This document shows, piece by piece, positions 26,343 to 36,373 of a stretch of DNA of 64,000 nucleotides. This stretch comes from Acidimicrobiia bacterium (GTDB lineage Bacteria > Actinomycetota > Acidimicrobiia > Spongiisociales > ZC4RG35). The notes under the pieces were generated by a model. The model had not been told where the DNA came from, searched no databases, and worked only from the letters and a program-made list of their open reading frames with translations. The position numbers and the translations under genes are program-made. Each line of letters begins with the position of its first letter. Position 1 is the stretch's first letter. Location of the stretch: NCBI GenBank assembly GCA_965248705.1, contig CBDFJY010000002.1, positions 1,322,980 through 1,386,979 of the forward strand, read 5' to 3'.

Positions 26343-27389
26343 TTAGGAGGGGGGTGCTTCGCTTGATGGCGGCGGGTTTTCAAGTAGTCGGTATAGCTGT
26401 CGGGCGATGTACCGTTTGAGGCAGCGGCGGGTTTCTCGGGTGGTTTTGCCTTGGCTGGTGCGTTTGGTGATGTAGGCGCGGGTTTTGGGACAGTATCGGG
26501 CGCGGCTGATGGCGATGGTGTGGATGGCTTGGTTGAGTTGGCGGTCACCGCGTCGGTTCAGCCGGTGGCGGGTGTGTTGTCCCGATGAGGCTTCCAAGGG
26601 GGCTACGCCGGCTAGCCGAGCGAAGGCTGCTTCGTTGCGGCAGCGGCGAGGATGGGACCAGGCAATGAACACTTGGGCGGCTGTGATGGGGCCGATCCCG
26701 GGTTGTTGGAGCAGTTGGGGAGCTACGGTTTGGACTAGTTCGGTGATAGTTGTTTTGAGTTGGGCTGCTTCGGTGGTGAGTGCATTGATTCGCCGGGCGA
26801 GGGAACGCATGGCCTGTTTGGTGGCGGTGTGTTCGTTGGCCGGTGCTGATGTGAGTCGAAACCTGTGGCATTTAGCGACCAGAGCAGCAGTGGTAACACC
26901 TCGGAGTTGGTCTCTGAGATCGACTGGCGCGGTCACTAGGAGAGCTTTCAGTTCGTTGATCGCCGATGTTCTAGCTGTTATTGCGCCTCGTCGGGTGGTT
27001 TCCAACACTCGTAAGGCTTCTCGGTCTCCCCGAACTCGCGGTACAGAAGGTCGGAAGCGGCCCAGCGCCTGGCGGGCGGCCCGGCGAGCGTCCAGGGCAT
27101 CGGTCTTGGCGCCGTCGCCGCTGGGGGTGGGATCGTTGAACTCGGTCACCAGTTCCCCACTAGCGACCAAATAGGAGGTCACACCAGCTCCGTAACTGCC
27201 TGTGCCTTCCACAGACCATACCCGATCGGCGGCCTGGGTGTATTGGTCTACCCACTTCAACAACCGCTTGTATCCCAGCCCGCTGGTCTCGAACACCGCA
27301 GACGCCTGTTCTCCGGTGGTGGCGGTGTCCACTACCGACGCGGTGACCCGGTCACGATCCGGGTCGATCCCGATCACATGTTCTACCAA
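26343..27389 (-). mobile_element. IS110-family transposase gene (copy 1)
   Basis: ..HVIGIDPDRDRVTASVV.. DEDD N-terminal domain. C-terminal ..EASSGQHTRHRLNRRGDRQLNQAIHTIAISRAR.. is the Transposase_20-like region. The ATG-defined ORF extends to 27560, but the conserved core begins near 27389. Confidence 0.75.
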
Positions 27390-27474
27390 TGAGGCCAACA
27401 CAACAACCTTCTTTCCTTGTTTGCTACCTGGTTTGTCCAAGGAGGTGCGATCCGAACGGCAGGACTGTGATGAG

Positions 27475-28649
27475 TCACACCCCTTTGGGGTGGACAGGCT
27501 TCTGATCAGGCCAGCGCGGTACGCCAGGTCGGCGCTGGTGGTCAATGTCGGACAGATCATAGGAAAGACACCAAACCGGGTCAGTCAAATTGAGGGTCAC
27601 GACATCAATTCCAGCACCGTACCTGATAGCCTCCAAGGGCACCCGCCATATTCTCACAGTCAAATTGGGGGGGGGGGGTTGGAGGTGTTTGTAGACGCGG
27701 TTGGAGATGTGGCGTTTGAGGTTGCGGATGGCTTCTTTGGGGGTTTTGCCTCGGGCGAGTTGTTTTTGGTAGTAGCGGTGTCCTTCGCTGCCGGGTTGGG
27801 AGATTTGGGTGAGGGCTGCGGTGTAGAGGGCTTGGTTGATGCGGCGGTTTCCTCCTCGGTTGAGTCGATGGCGTGTTATGCGTCCCGAGCTGGCTTCCAG
27901 TGGTGCGGTGTCGTTGGCCATGGCAAATTTGGCTTTGGTGGGGTAGTGGGCGGGGTTCCCGACCTGGGCGATGATCTCGGCGGCGGTGAGGTTGCCGATG
28001 CCGTGGATGTGGGTGAGGGTGGCGCCGGTGGTTTTGACCACCGTGGTGATCTGTTGGGTGAGTTCTTGGATCTGTCGGCTCAGGGAGCGTATGTGGCGGG
28101 TTCTTTGTTTGGCGATCCGGGCGCGGGTGGTGGTGTCACGGGCGAGCATTCGTGTCACGCGGTCAACAGCGGACGGGTTGGTGAGAGCGGTGGGAAGTTT
28201 GGGATGATCGCCGCGCAGTTGGGTGAGATCGGCGTGGAGCCGGTTGATCTGGCGGGTGCGGGTTTCGACCAGTTCACGGCGGTATCCGACCAAAAGCCGC
28301 AGGTCTTCTGTGATACCGTCGGGGCGGCTACCCGGGCGATTAACAAAGCGTCAGTGGAATCGTTCTTGACAGGCGTGCGTTGTCTCCGCCGTTGCCTACT
28401 GGTCATCTGTGGTGGTACTTCCACCACCTCGATACCCGCTTCCACAAGCGCCAAAGCCGCGGGACGTCCGTAATGACCGGACCCTTCGATAGCTACCCGC
28501 CCGGCGCCGGTTTCCCGCGCCCAGGCCACCAACCGGGCACGACCCCCGGAGGTGTTAGGGACACAACGGGTCCCGACCTGGCGCAGGGCCTGGTCGATAA
28601 CACAGCCCATCAAAGTATCCTTGTGCGAGTCGATTCCAATAACAAACAT
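27475..28649 (-). pseudogene. IS110-family transposase (copy 2), split by a frameshift
   Basis: The N-terminal frame reads MFVIGIDSHKDTLMGCVI..ALLIARVAAP and runs to junk after about 28300. The C-terminal frame reads ..LLVGYRRELVETRTRQINRLHADL..EASSGRITRHRLNRGGNRRINQALY... A single-nucleotide shift near the gccgcccc run at about 28300 would join them. The C-terminus reads through a C12 tract (PPPP). Confidence 0.7.
27667..27678. repeat. G12 homopolymer tract
   Basis: caaattgggggggggggggttggagg. It encodes PPPP on the minus strand inside the IS110 copy 2 C-terminus. With 11 G the frame would stop two codons later (..PPPPI*), which resembles the copy 1 C-terminus. Confidence 0.9.
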
Positions 28650-29172
28650 GATTCGCGGTTCCTCTCTGAAGTCGGGAACATGGGATCGGCGGGTTCGGCG
28701 AAGCGCAGCCGTGCGTCGGTTCACACCCTCTGGGTGGAGAACCTCATGCTCCTATCAAGCGACAACACCGAACGAAACAGCCGGTGGGGAGACACTCGCC
28801 AACCAAAGTTACCAACCTGGGAACCAAGAACCGGGACAGACGGGGGAAGAGCCATCCCCACCGGCAACACCCATTCAAACACGCACGGCGGGGGAGGGCC
28901 CAACGGGTTAAAAAGATTCCCACGATTTTCGCGAGATAGAATTGTTCGGATCGGTGACCGGACAGGGTGGCTGTGTACGCAGCGGCGCTTGAGTAGTCGG
29001 GCGGTTGTGAACCGGCCCTCGGTGTCATCCCGCCTTCCCTTTAGGTGACGATCGAAGGATGCCCGATTTCCCGCCCGACCGATTACAGGATGGAGCAAAC
29101 CGGACGGGATTATCAAGTTTTTCGGAGCGCTCTTTTCGCGGATCGGAGAATCGCTGACCCGACGTCTCTTGC

Positions 29173-29592
29173 TCAGCTCTTTTGGAAGGCCATCATCGCC
29201 AGGGGCCGGAAGCTGAGCTCCACCGCCTCATAGATCTCTCCCAACAGCAGATCCAGGGACTCGGGGTTCACCTCGGAGACCGCCAGCCGGCCGGTCAGTA
29301 TCACCGCTCCCTCCCGGTCGAGCGCAAAGTGACATTGCCACAGGCGGTGGTTGCGCAACAGACAAAGCCGGTACACCTCAGCCTGGTTGGCGGGAGGGGC
29401 GGGCAGCACGTAGGCCTCGGCAATGATGCTCCGGTCTCCCACCGTCCACCAGACGGTGGTGGCCGATCGGACGCTCTGGCGCATCCGCACCGCCCAGCGA
29501 CCGTCCACCTGCTCGGAGTACTCGACATCGCTTTCGGGATCCTCCACCCACAAGGAGATGGTCTGAACGAGAGTTGCGGCGGGGTCGCTCAT
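29173..29592 (-). CDS. YbjN-like protein (putative sensory-transduction/chaperone-like fold)
   Basis: Start trimmed to MSDPAATLVQTISLWVEDPE... The family call is weak and made from memory. Confidence 0.4.
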   Translation of the reverse strand: MSDPAATLVQTISLWVEDPESDVEYSEQVDGRWAVRMRQSVRSATTVWWTVGDRSIIAEAYVLPAPPANQAEVYRLCLLRNHRLWQCHFALDREGAVILTGRLAVSEVNPESLDLLLGEIYEAVELSFRPLAMMAFQKS

Positions 29593-30809
29593 CTCCCAAA
29601 GAGTACGCTTCGATAGAGTTCTAATAGGCGGTCGGAGGCGACTTGCCAGGAGTACTGGCTGGCCCATTCCACCGCCCGTTCGGACATGGCGGCGCGCAGT
29701 TCGTCATCCTCCAGCACCTTGGCTATGGCCGCCACGTATCCCTCCGGTTCCCATCCTTCCACCAACAAGCCCGAGCCGCCGTCCTCCACGACATACATGA
29801 GCCCTCCTTTCCGGGCGGCCACCACCGGCAGCCCGCATGCCTGCGCCTCGGCGACCACCAACCCGAAGGACTCGCTGCGAGAGGGCGCCACCAACACATC
29901 CGCCGCCCGGTAGAAGTCGGCGAGCCGGTTGTGGCCGACCGGGGGGTGGAAGCGGACCGTCTCCGGTCCCAGGTCGTCGGCGGCGCTGCGCAGAGCTTGC
30001 ATCTCCCGCTGTCCCTCGGGTCCGCTCGGTCCCCCCACTATCAGCAGCCGGAGATCCGCAATGCGTTCCCGAGCCAGGGCCACCGCCGCCAGAGCCACGT
30101 CCGGTCCTTTCAGGGATTGAATTCTTCCCACGAATAGTGCCAGCGGCCCCTCCCCCAAGCCCAGCTTCGCCCGGGCTTCGGCCTGGTCTCCCGGCTGAAA
30201 GTGGGTGCGGTTGACCCCCGGAGGGGAGACGCACAACTTGGTGGGGTCGGCCCCGTAGTGGTCCATCAGGTCGTCCGCCTCGAAAGGGGTGGACGCCACC
30301 ACGCAGTTGGCGCTGGAAATCAGAGTCTGCTCGGCGGCGATTCGCCGCGGGTCGGTGGGGGATTGATCCGCCCGTCGGGTGGCGTCCTTCACTCTGCCCA
30401 GAGTGTGAAAAGAGTTCGCCATGGGGATGTTCAACCTCTGTTTGACCTCCAGCGCCGCCCATCCCGAAAGCCAGTAATGGCTGTGAACCAGGTCGGGCAG
30501 GGCCTCCCCGGCTTCCAACCGCTCCAACAGCGCCTTGCTGAATTCCTCCACATGCGGGAACTGCGCTTCGATGGAGAGCGATCGAAGCGGTCCGGCCTCC
30601 AAGTGGTGGACCCGATAGCCGGGCGCCACCTCCACCGTCTCTTCAAGCTCGGGGTGATCCTTGCGAGTGAACACGTCCACCACCACTTCCTGGGCGGCCA
30701 TGGTTGCGGAGAGCTCGTGCAGGTAGACATTCATGCCACCCGCGTCGCCCTCCCCGGGATCCCGGAGCGGAGAGGTGTGCATGGAAATAAAAGCGACCCG
30801 GGCGATCAT
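29589..30809 (-). CDS. mshA: D-inositol-3-phosphate glycosyltransferase MshA (GT4), mycothiol biosynthesis
   Basis: MIARVAFISMHTSPLRDPGEGDAGGMNVYLHEL is the characteristic MshA N-terminus (HTSPL..PG.GDAGGMNVY). The C-terminal EAQACGLPVVA is the GT4 motif. Confidence 0.8.
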   Translation of the reverse strand: MIARVAFISMHTSPLRDPGEGDAGGMNVYLHELSATMAAQEVVVDVFTRKDHPELEETVEVAPGYRVHHLEAGPLRSLSIEAQFPHVEEFSKALLERLEAGEALPDLVHSHYWLSGWAALEVKQRLNIPMANSFHTLGRVKDATRRADQSPTDPRRIAAEQTLISSANCVVASTPFEADDLMDHYGADPTKLCVSPPGVNRTHFQPGDQAEARAKLGLGEGPLALFVGRIQSLKGPDVALAAVALARERIADLRLLIVGGPSGPEGQREMQALRSAADDLGPETVRFHPPVGHNRLADFYRAADVLVAPSRSESFGLVVAEAQACGLPVVAARKGGLMYVVEDGGSGLLVEGWEPEGYVAAIAKVLEDDELRAAMSERAVEWASQYSWQVASDRLLELYRSVLFGR

Positions 30810-31720
30810 TTTCGACAGCTCACCGTGTAGAGGGGCCGCCGGACCGCGCCCAGCCGACGCTTGTAGGTCTCGTCACCTTTCAGGAAATCGAAGCGGGTGA
30901 GCCCCTCGCTGATCACCTTTTCGATCAAAGATGACAGCAAAACCATTCCCGGGGAGAAGGCCGAATAGGACGGATCGAACGAAGAGTTGTACAGGTAGTA
31001 GCAGTCGACGTCCGAATAACCGAACACACAAGCGGCGGTTTCCCCGTCTTCGGTGGCCAACAGGTCGACTCGCCATCCCCGAAGGTCGGCCAGCCGTCGG
31101 AACAGTGGCGTCGTTTCCTCATCCATGAACTGTCCTTTGGCCCCGCCCGCCAGTTTGTGCAGCCGCACGAACTCCTCAAACCCCCATCCCGGTCCCCGTT
31201 GGGTCCGAAGCGTCGCTTCTCCCAGCCCCTTGTGATAGCGTCTGGTCTTGCGACGTATCTCGTGGCGCTCTTTTTTGCCGACCAGTTGCAGGTACTCGTC
31301 GAAGGTGGGGGGCAGGTGCAGCACCGCCGCCACGGCGGTCTGTTCCCTGGTGGGGGTGGCGCCGGCCATGCCCAGTCCTTCTTCGGCCACCTCGGCGGCC
31401 CGATGGGGAAGAGAGTCCCAACTGAGTTCCACGCCTTGTTCCTGACCTTGCCACCACTCCGCCACCAAAGCAGGGACGCCTGAGCCCCGCGGACTGTGAT
31501 AGTCCGTCAAAGAAGATCGACCCGCCATGCGAACCGTGCGCTCCTCTCGCTCCAACGCCAGCAGGCCGTCTTCTCCCTCCACCAGCTCCACCCGGGTTGG
31601 AGCGCCGGGGGACCGCTCGGTTACGGCCCGCAGGAATTCCCGGTCGGGGAAGGGTCCAAGATGATCGCCCACCGTGGGAAGATGAAATGAAGCGGCGTCC
31701 CAGTCTTGATGAAGGCGCAT
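30806..31720 (-). CDS. GNAT-fold protein of the CelD/BioF2-like (FemAB-related) family
   Basis: Start trimmed to MRLHQDWDAASFH... The C-terminal ..CYYLYNSSFDPSYSAFSPGMVLL.. pattern resembles the cellulose-biosynthesis CelD-like acetyltransferase fold. Confidence 0.5.
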   Translation of the reverse strand: MRLHQDWDAASFHLPTVGDHLGPFPDREFLRAVTERSPGAPTRVELVEGEDGLLALEREERTVRMAGRSSLTDYHSPRGSGVPALVAEWWQGQEQGVELSWDSLPHRAAEVAEEGLGMAGATPTREQTAVAAVLHLPPTFDEYLQLVGKKERHEIRRKTRRYHKGLGEATLRTQRGPGWGFEEFVRLHKLAGGAKGQFMDEETTPLFRRLADLRGWRVDLLATEDGETAACVFGYSDVDCYYLYNSSFDPSYSAFSPGMVLLSSLIEKVISEGLTRFDFLKGDETYKRRLGAVRRPLYTVSCRK

Positions 31721-31724
31721 CCGG

Positions 31725-32927
31725 CTAACAGGCCGCTCGTACGGTCGGGTAGGGGTTGTAAGCGGGCCCCTCCCTTCCGTTGGGGTGGAGTTGGAGGTGG
31801 AGGTGGGGGAGTCCTCCGTAGGCGTTGCCGGAGGCGCCGTTGTATCCCACCACTTGGCCCGCATTCACTCGTTGGTCCTCACTCACCGCCCATCCACTCA
31901 GGTGAGCGTAGTAGTAGTCGACCCCGGTGTCGGAGTGCAGCCAGAGGCCCCTCCCCCCCAGGCCGCCGTTGGTTATGGTGATTGTTCCGTTGGCCACCGC
32001 ATACAGGGGAGCGCCTTGCCGGCCGAACATGTCCACTCCCTTGTGGGCTCTTCCTCCCGAGCGGGGCGCGCCCCAGGAATCCACGAACGCCGACCCCGGG
32101 AAAGGACAGACCAAACTGGGAATGGGCCCCACTCCCTGTCCTTGCCGGGAAGAGAGGGCGATCGCCTGGATGCGAGCCTGCTCACGGCGCCGGGCCGCGG
32201 CGGCTCTCTGGCGGGCTTCCTCCGCTCTTTGGCGGGCCTCTTCGGCTCTCTGGCGGGCTTCCTGTGCCTCCCATTGTCTGACCAGTTCCTGGCAGTCCTC
32301 GTCGAGCTCTTCCCAGGCTGTGTACTGATTTCGGGCCGCCAGCGCCAGTTGTCCCATCCAGGCCTGGCGATCCTCTTCCAACTCCGCCAACTCGCCTTGC
32401 AGGGCGGCGACGTCTTCCCGATGGAGGTCGAGGTCCCTTTGGGAACTCAGGTAGTTGTTGATATCGGCGAGCTTCGTGTCCGTGTCGCTTTCCAGATACT
32501 GGCGGCCCACTATCAGTTCTCCGGGGGTTTCTCCGAGAAAGGGCGTCAGGCTCACGACGCCTTGCTGCATATAGATATCGATGGCTGTTTGTTCCAATCC
32601 GGCGCGGAGTTTTTCCACCTCATCGGCTTTGAGAGCCGCCAGTGATAGCGCCACATCTTGGCGCCCTTGCGCGATCTCGATGTCTTCTAATACGATATCC
32701 CATTCCGCGGTTGCCTCATGGAAGGAGTCCAGAGCGTTCTCGTAGGCGGCCAACTGGTCGAGCGAAACCGCGCACGCCTCTTCAACTTCTCCCTTTTCTA
32801 TCTGGGAGGTTTCCTGCTGCTCCTCCTCCTGAGCTATCGAGAGCAAGGCTCCGCTGGCGGCCAAGACCACTCCCATGAGGATCACTACGAGAACCCGACC
32901 AGCCGGGATGCGCTCTGATCTTCCCAT
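31725..32927 (-). CDS. M23 family metallopeptidase with N-terminal anchor and coiled coil
   Basis: HKGVDM..(N)G..G..HLHLQLH LytM catalytic motifs. An internal EARQRAEEARQRAEEARQRA repeat. Confidence 0.75.
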   Translation of the reverse strand: MGRSERIPAGRVLVVILMGVVLAASGALLSIAQEEEQQETSQIEKGEVEEACAVSLDQLAAYENALDSFHEATAEWDIVLEDIEIAQGRQDVALSLAALKADEVEKLRAGLEQTAIDIYMQQGVVSLTPFLGETPGELIVGRQYLESDTDTKLADINNYLSSQRDLDLHREDVAALQGELAELEEDRQAWMGQLALAARNQYTAWEELDEDCQELVRQWEAQEARQRAEEARQRAEEARQRAAAARRREQARIQAIALSSRQGQGVGPIPSLVCPFPGSAFVDSWGAPRSGGRAHKGVDMFGRQGAPLYAVANGTITITNGGLGGRGLWLHSDTGVDYYYAHLSGWAVSEDQRVNAGQVVGYNGASGNAYGGLPHLHLQLHPNGREGPAYNPYPTVRAAC

Positions 32928-32972
32928 GTGAGATAGGTTAAAGGATTTGCCTGGCTAAATAGTCCGCTGCCT

Positions 32973-33965
32973 CTAGAGAACCAGTGTGAGCAAAGCGAAA
33001 AAGACCATTCCCGCACAGAGGGGCCCGTCCAGGCTGGCCAGGATCCCGGGCAGGGAGGTAGACCACAGCCGTCCGGAGCGAAGCGCCGTGCCGAAACCTT
33101 CCCCGGCCAGATAAGCCGCGGCCAAGCCGAATCCGATCAGGAGAAAGTCCGTGAGGGAGAACCCCCACACGTACGCTCCCACCAACGAAAGGATCACCAC
33201 TCCTAGCACCACCGTATTCTGACGGTTGAAAAGTCGGTTGGAACTCATCCGCCGAGCAACTTCCGCCAAAGTTATGGTTCCCACGGTCACCACCAAAAAG
33301 AACCCGATTGTCCGCCCCCCCGGCTCGAAGACGGTTCGGGCCAGCATCAACGACGCCAGTGCGCCGCAGGTCAGCGTGCCGATTCCGGCCGTGATTCCAA
33401 TCGAGGCGAGATTGCGGCGGTGGGGCACGAAAGCCGCCGCGCCCAGAGGGAAAATGACTCCCATCGCCAGGGCGGGCAGCAGAGCCGAGGGGCCCATCAG
33501 GTGGGTGATCGCCATGGCCGCCACCTGGCCTCCCAGCAGCGCTCCCACCGCGAGCTGATATCCCCGTTCTCCGGCCGCGGCGGTGATGTCGATTGTCCAC
33601 AGCCCCACCATGGCGGCCAGGATGGGTGTCCACAGGTCGAATCCGCTCGCCAGGTTGCCCAGGATCAGAGCCAATACCACTATCAGGGTGGCGAATCCTC
33701 CAGAGCCGATCTGTTTTCCCCAGGCCATGGAGCCGCCGGAGACGGGAGGCAGCAGCGCTATTTCATCGTCGGGGGCCACCGGTTGGAAAACGTCGGTCTC
33801 TTCTCCGTTTCGCCATATCTTGGCAGTGGCCACCCCGGCGGCGAACTGCTCTCCGAAGCGGGAGGAAGCGGCCTCCAGCACCTCTCCCACCGTGGCGCCC
33901 TCGATCACCACTTCCGAGGCGCGCGCCGCCTCTCTCAAACCGGCGAAAAGACGGACCCGCGGCAT
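32973..33965 (-). CDS. MoaD/ThiS-like beta-grasp domain fused in frame to a polytopic membrane domain
   Basis: The N-terminal 82 aa, MPRVRLFAGLREAARASEVVIEGATVGEVLEA..ETDVFQPVAPDDEIALLPPVSGG, end in the Gly-Gly typical of sulfur-carrier proteins. The frame continues without a stop into roughly 245 aa of hydrophobic helices. Confidence 0.5.
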   Translation of the reverse strand: MPRVRLFAGLREAARASEVVIEGATVGEVLEAASSRFGEQFAAGVATAKIWRNGEETDVFQPVAPDDEIALLPPVSGGSMAWGKQIGSGGFATLIVVLALILGNLASGFDLWTPILAAMVGLWTIDITAAAGERGYQLAVGALLGGQVAAMAITHLMGPSALLPALAMGVIFPLGAAAFVPHRRNLASIGITAGIGTLTCGALASLMLARTVFEPGGRTIGFFLVVTVGTITLAEVARRMSSNRLFNRQNTVVLGVVILSLVGAYVWGFSLTDFLLIGFGLAAAYLAGEGFGTALRSGRLWSTSLPGILASLDGPLCAGMVFFALLTLVL

Positions 33966-34077
33966 CTTTTACCAGCATAGACAGAATTGCCACTTTCTGG
34001 ATGCTTCTTGGCGGGTGGGAAATGGCCGGGGGCTATAGTCTGCGGTGCCAATCGAGAAACACTGAACCTGGAGGTGA

Positions 34078-35047
34078 GATGCACTCCATAAGGGTCGAAA
34101 GCCACGGGGGCGCCGAGCAGTTGAAGTGGAGGAAGACCCCCGATCTTCGTCCGGGTCCGGGTCAGGCGCTGGTCACGGTGCTGGCCGCGGGAGTGAATTT
34201 CATCGACACCTATCAGCGGACCGGCCTCTATCCGGTGGAACTCCCCTTTACTCCCGGTTTGGAGGGAGCGGGGATAGTGCGGGAGTTGGGGGAGGGGGTG
34301 GAGGGGATCGAAGTGGGCGACCGGGTGGCCTGGAGCCAGTGCCTGGGCTCCTACGCCGAGCAGGTGGTGGGGCCGGCGGAGAAGATGGTTCCCGTGCCCC
34401 CGGATCTCGAGATCGAGTCGGCGGCGGGGGTGCTGGTGCAGGGGCTGACCGCCTACTTCCTGGCGCACGACACCTTCCCCCTCCGAGAAGGTCATCGGGC
34501 GCTGGTGCATGCCGGGGCGGGGGGAGTGGGGCTGCTGCTGATCCAGATGGCCAAACAGCGCGGGGCGGAAGTGTTCACCACCGTGGGCTCCGAAGAGAAA
34601 GGCGGGCTGGCCAAGAGCGCGGGGGCCGACCATGTCATCTACTACCGGGAGACCGACTTCGGGGACTCAGTGGAGGAGATCGCGGGTCCCAGGCCGCTCG
34701 ATGTGGTCTATGACGGGGTGGGCGCCGTTACTTTTGACCGGGGGCTCTCCCTGCTTCGTCCCCGGGGGATGATGGTCACCTTCGGAAACGCCAGCGGGCC
34801 GGTGCCTCCCGTGGCGCCGCTGCGCCTCACCCAGGAGGGGTCGCTGTTCTTGACCCGCCCCACGGGGTCCGACTATGTGTCGACCCGCGCCGAACTGCTG
34901 GAAAGAACCTCCTCGTTGTTCGGAATGGTGCTCAGCGGCGAGTTGGGCTTGCGGATCGCACACAGCCTTCCCATTCGGGAAGCCGCCCGCGCCCATCGGA
35001 TGCTGGAGGGGAGAGAGACCACCGGAAAGGTGATCCTCATCCCCTGA
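34078..35047 (+). CDS. qor: NADPH:quinone oxidoreductase / zinc-type MDR alcohol dehydrogenase family
   Basis: MHSIRVESHGGAEQLKWRK..VLAAGVNFIDTYQRTGLYP.. and HAGAGGVGLLLIQ (AxxGxxG cofactor motif). The longer annotated ORF 33593..35047 has a junk N-terminus. Confidence 0.8.
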
Positions 35048-36197
35048 GCCCCTCCATTCGCTTCAGGGCGGCGCGGAGCGTGGATTCGCTCTTGCAGAAG
35101 GCGAAACGGACCAACTCGGCGCCGTCGGTGGGATCGTCGTAAAAGACTGAGGGCGGAATCGCCGCCACCCCTACTTCGTCTATCAGGTGGTTGACGAAGG
35201 CCACGTCGTCGGGGTGTCCGAAGGGGCGATGATCGGCCAGCAGGAAATAGGTGCCCTCCGGTGTGTAGACCTCAAACCCCAGCCGGTCCAGCCCCTCGGC
35301 CAAGAGGTCCCGCCGTGCGGTGTACAGCCCTCGCAGATCCTCAAAATACTCCTCAGGGGCCGAGAGAGCGGCGACCGCGCCATATTGCATGGGGTTGGGA
35401 GTGGTGAAAGTGAGGAACTGGTGGGCGGCGCGCACCCCGGAGGTGAGAGTCTCCGGCGCCACCGCCCATCCGGTTTTCCAACCGGTGAGGGAAAAGCTCT
35501 TCCCCAAGGAAGATAAGGTCACGGTCCGTTCCCACATTCCCGGCAGAGAAGCGAGGGAGAGATGAGAACGCTGGTCGAAGAGGATGTGCTCGTAGACTTC
35601 GTCGGTGAAGGCGATGACGTCGTGGGCAACGCACAGCTCGGCCACCAGTGCTAGCTCATCGTGGTCAAAGACCCGGCCGGTGGGGTTGTGGGGCGTGTTG
35701 AAGACGATCGCCCGGGCGCCGGCCTCGAAAGCCGTCCGCAGTGCGGCTTCGGGCAGTCGGAAACCCGGGGGACGGAGCGTTACGAACCGGGGCAGGGCGC
35801 CGGCCAGGGCGCAGCCCACCGGGTAGGCGTCGTACCAGGGCTGGAGAAGAATCACCCGGTCTCCGGGCTCCACCAGACCCAGAAAGGAGGCCGCCAGCGC
35901 CTCGGTACATCCCGAGGTGACGGTCACATGCCGATCTGGATCGGCCTTGATCCCGGTCTGATCATGGAAACGGGCGGCGATCTCCTCCCGCAGGACGGGA
36001 ATGCCCATCGAAGGCGGATACTGGTTGGATTCGAGGTCGATTCCCGCCTTGGCGGCCTGCTTGACGAAATCCGGACCCTCGAAATCGGGGAAACCCTGCC
36101 CGAGATCGATTGCCTTCCGCTGCCGGGCCCGATGCGATATCTCGGTGAAGATAGTGTTCCCAAAAGGGCGCAGACGAGTAGCGACGGCCATGATCAA
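35037..36197 (-). CDS. PLP-dependent aminotransferase, class I/II
   Basis: ..NTPHNPTG.. and ..SLGKSFSLTGWKTGW.. (the PLP-lysine region). Confidence 0.8.
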   Translation of the reverse strand: MIMAVATRLRPFGNTIFTEISHRARQRKAIDLGQGFPDFEGPDFVKQAAKAGIDLESNQYPPSMGIPVLREEIAARFHDQTGIKADPDRHVTVTSGCTEALAASFLGLVEPGDRVILLQPWYDAYPVGCALAGALPRFVTLRPPGFRLPEAALRTAFEAGARAIVFNTPHNPTGRVFDHDELALVAELCVAHDVIAFTDEVYEHILFDQRSHLSLASLPGMWERTVTLSSLGKSFSLTGWKTGWAVAPETLTSGVRAAHQFLTFTTPNPMQYGAVAALSAPEEYFEDLRGLYTARRDLLAEGLDRLGFEVYTPEGTYFLLADHRPFGHPDDVAFVNHLIDEVGVAAIPPSVFYDDPTDGAELVRFAFCKSESTLRAALKRMEGLRG

Positions 36198-36373
36198 ACC
36201 AGATTAGGTGAGATTGTCCGGAGGTGCGGAACACTATTGCTCCATCCAACGTCCCTGAGAGGGAGCCCTGTTCGTCGGATCACCAATGTCACAGCGGAGT
36301 CCCATAGTTAAGGGGTAAGGCCAGGGACGGGTTAGATGTCGGGCCGGAGACGCGATAAAGAGAGGAGTTTTGC

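Noticed and set aside
27202-28473. 423-aa plus-strand ORF across the IS110 copies
   Set aside because: Antisense of the two transposase genes. Gly/Val/Ala-rich with no motifs.
28721-29116. 131-aa minus ORF between IS110 copy 2 and the YbjN-like gene
   Set aside because: Composition is typical of a non-coding frame. The region is more likely the long untranslated 5' leader typical of IS110-family elements.
33593-34077. N-terminal 160-aa extension of the quinone oxidoreductase ORF
   Set aside because: Arg/Pro-rich junk in frame upstream of the real start MHSIRVESHGG at 34078. It overlaps the convergent MoaD-fusion gene.
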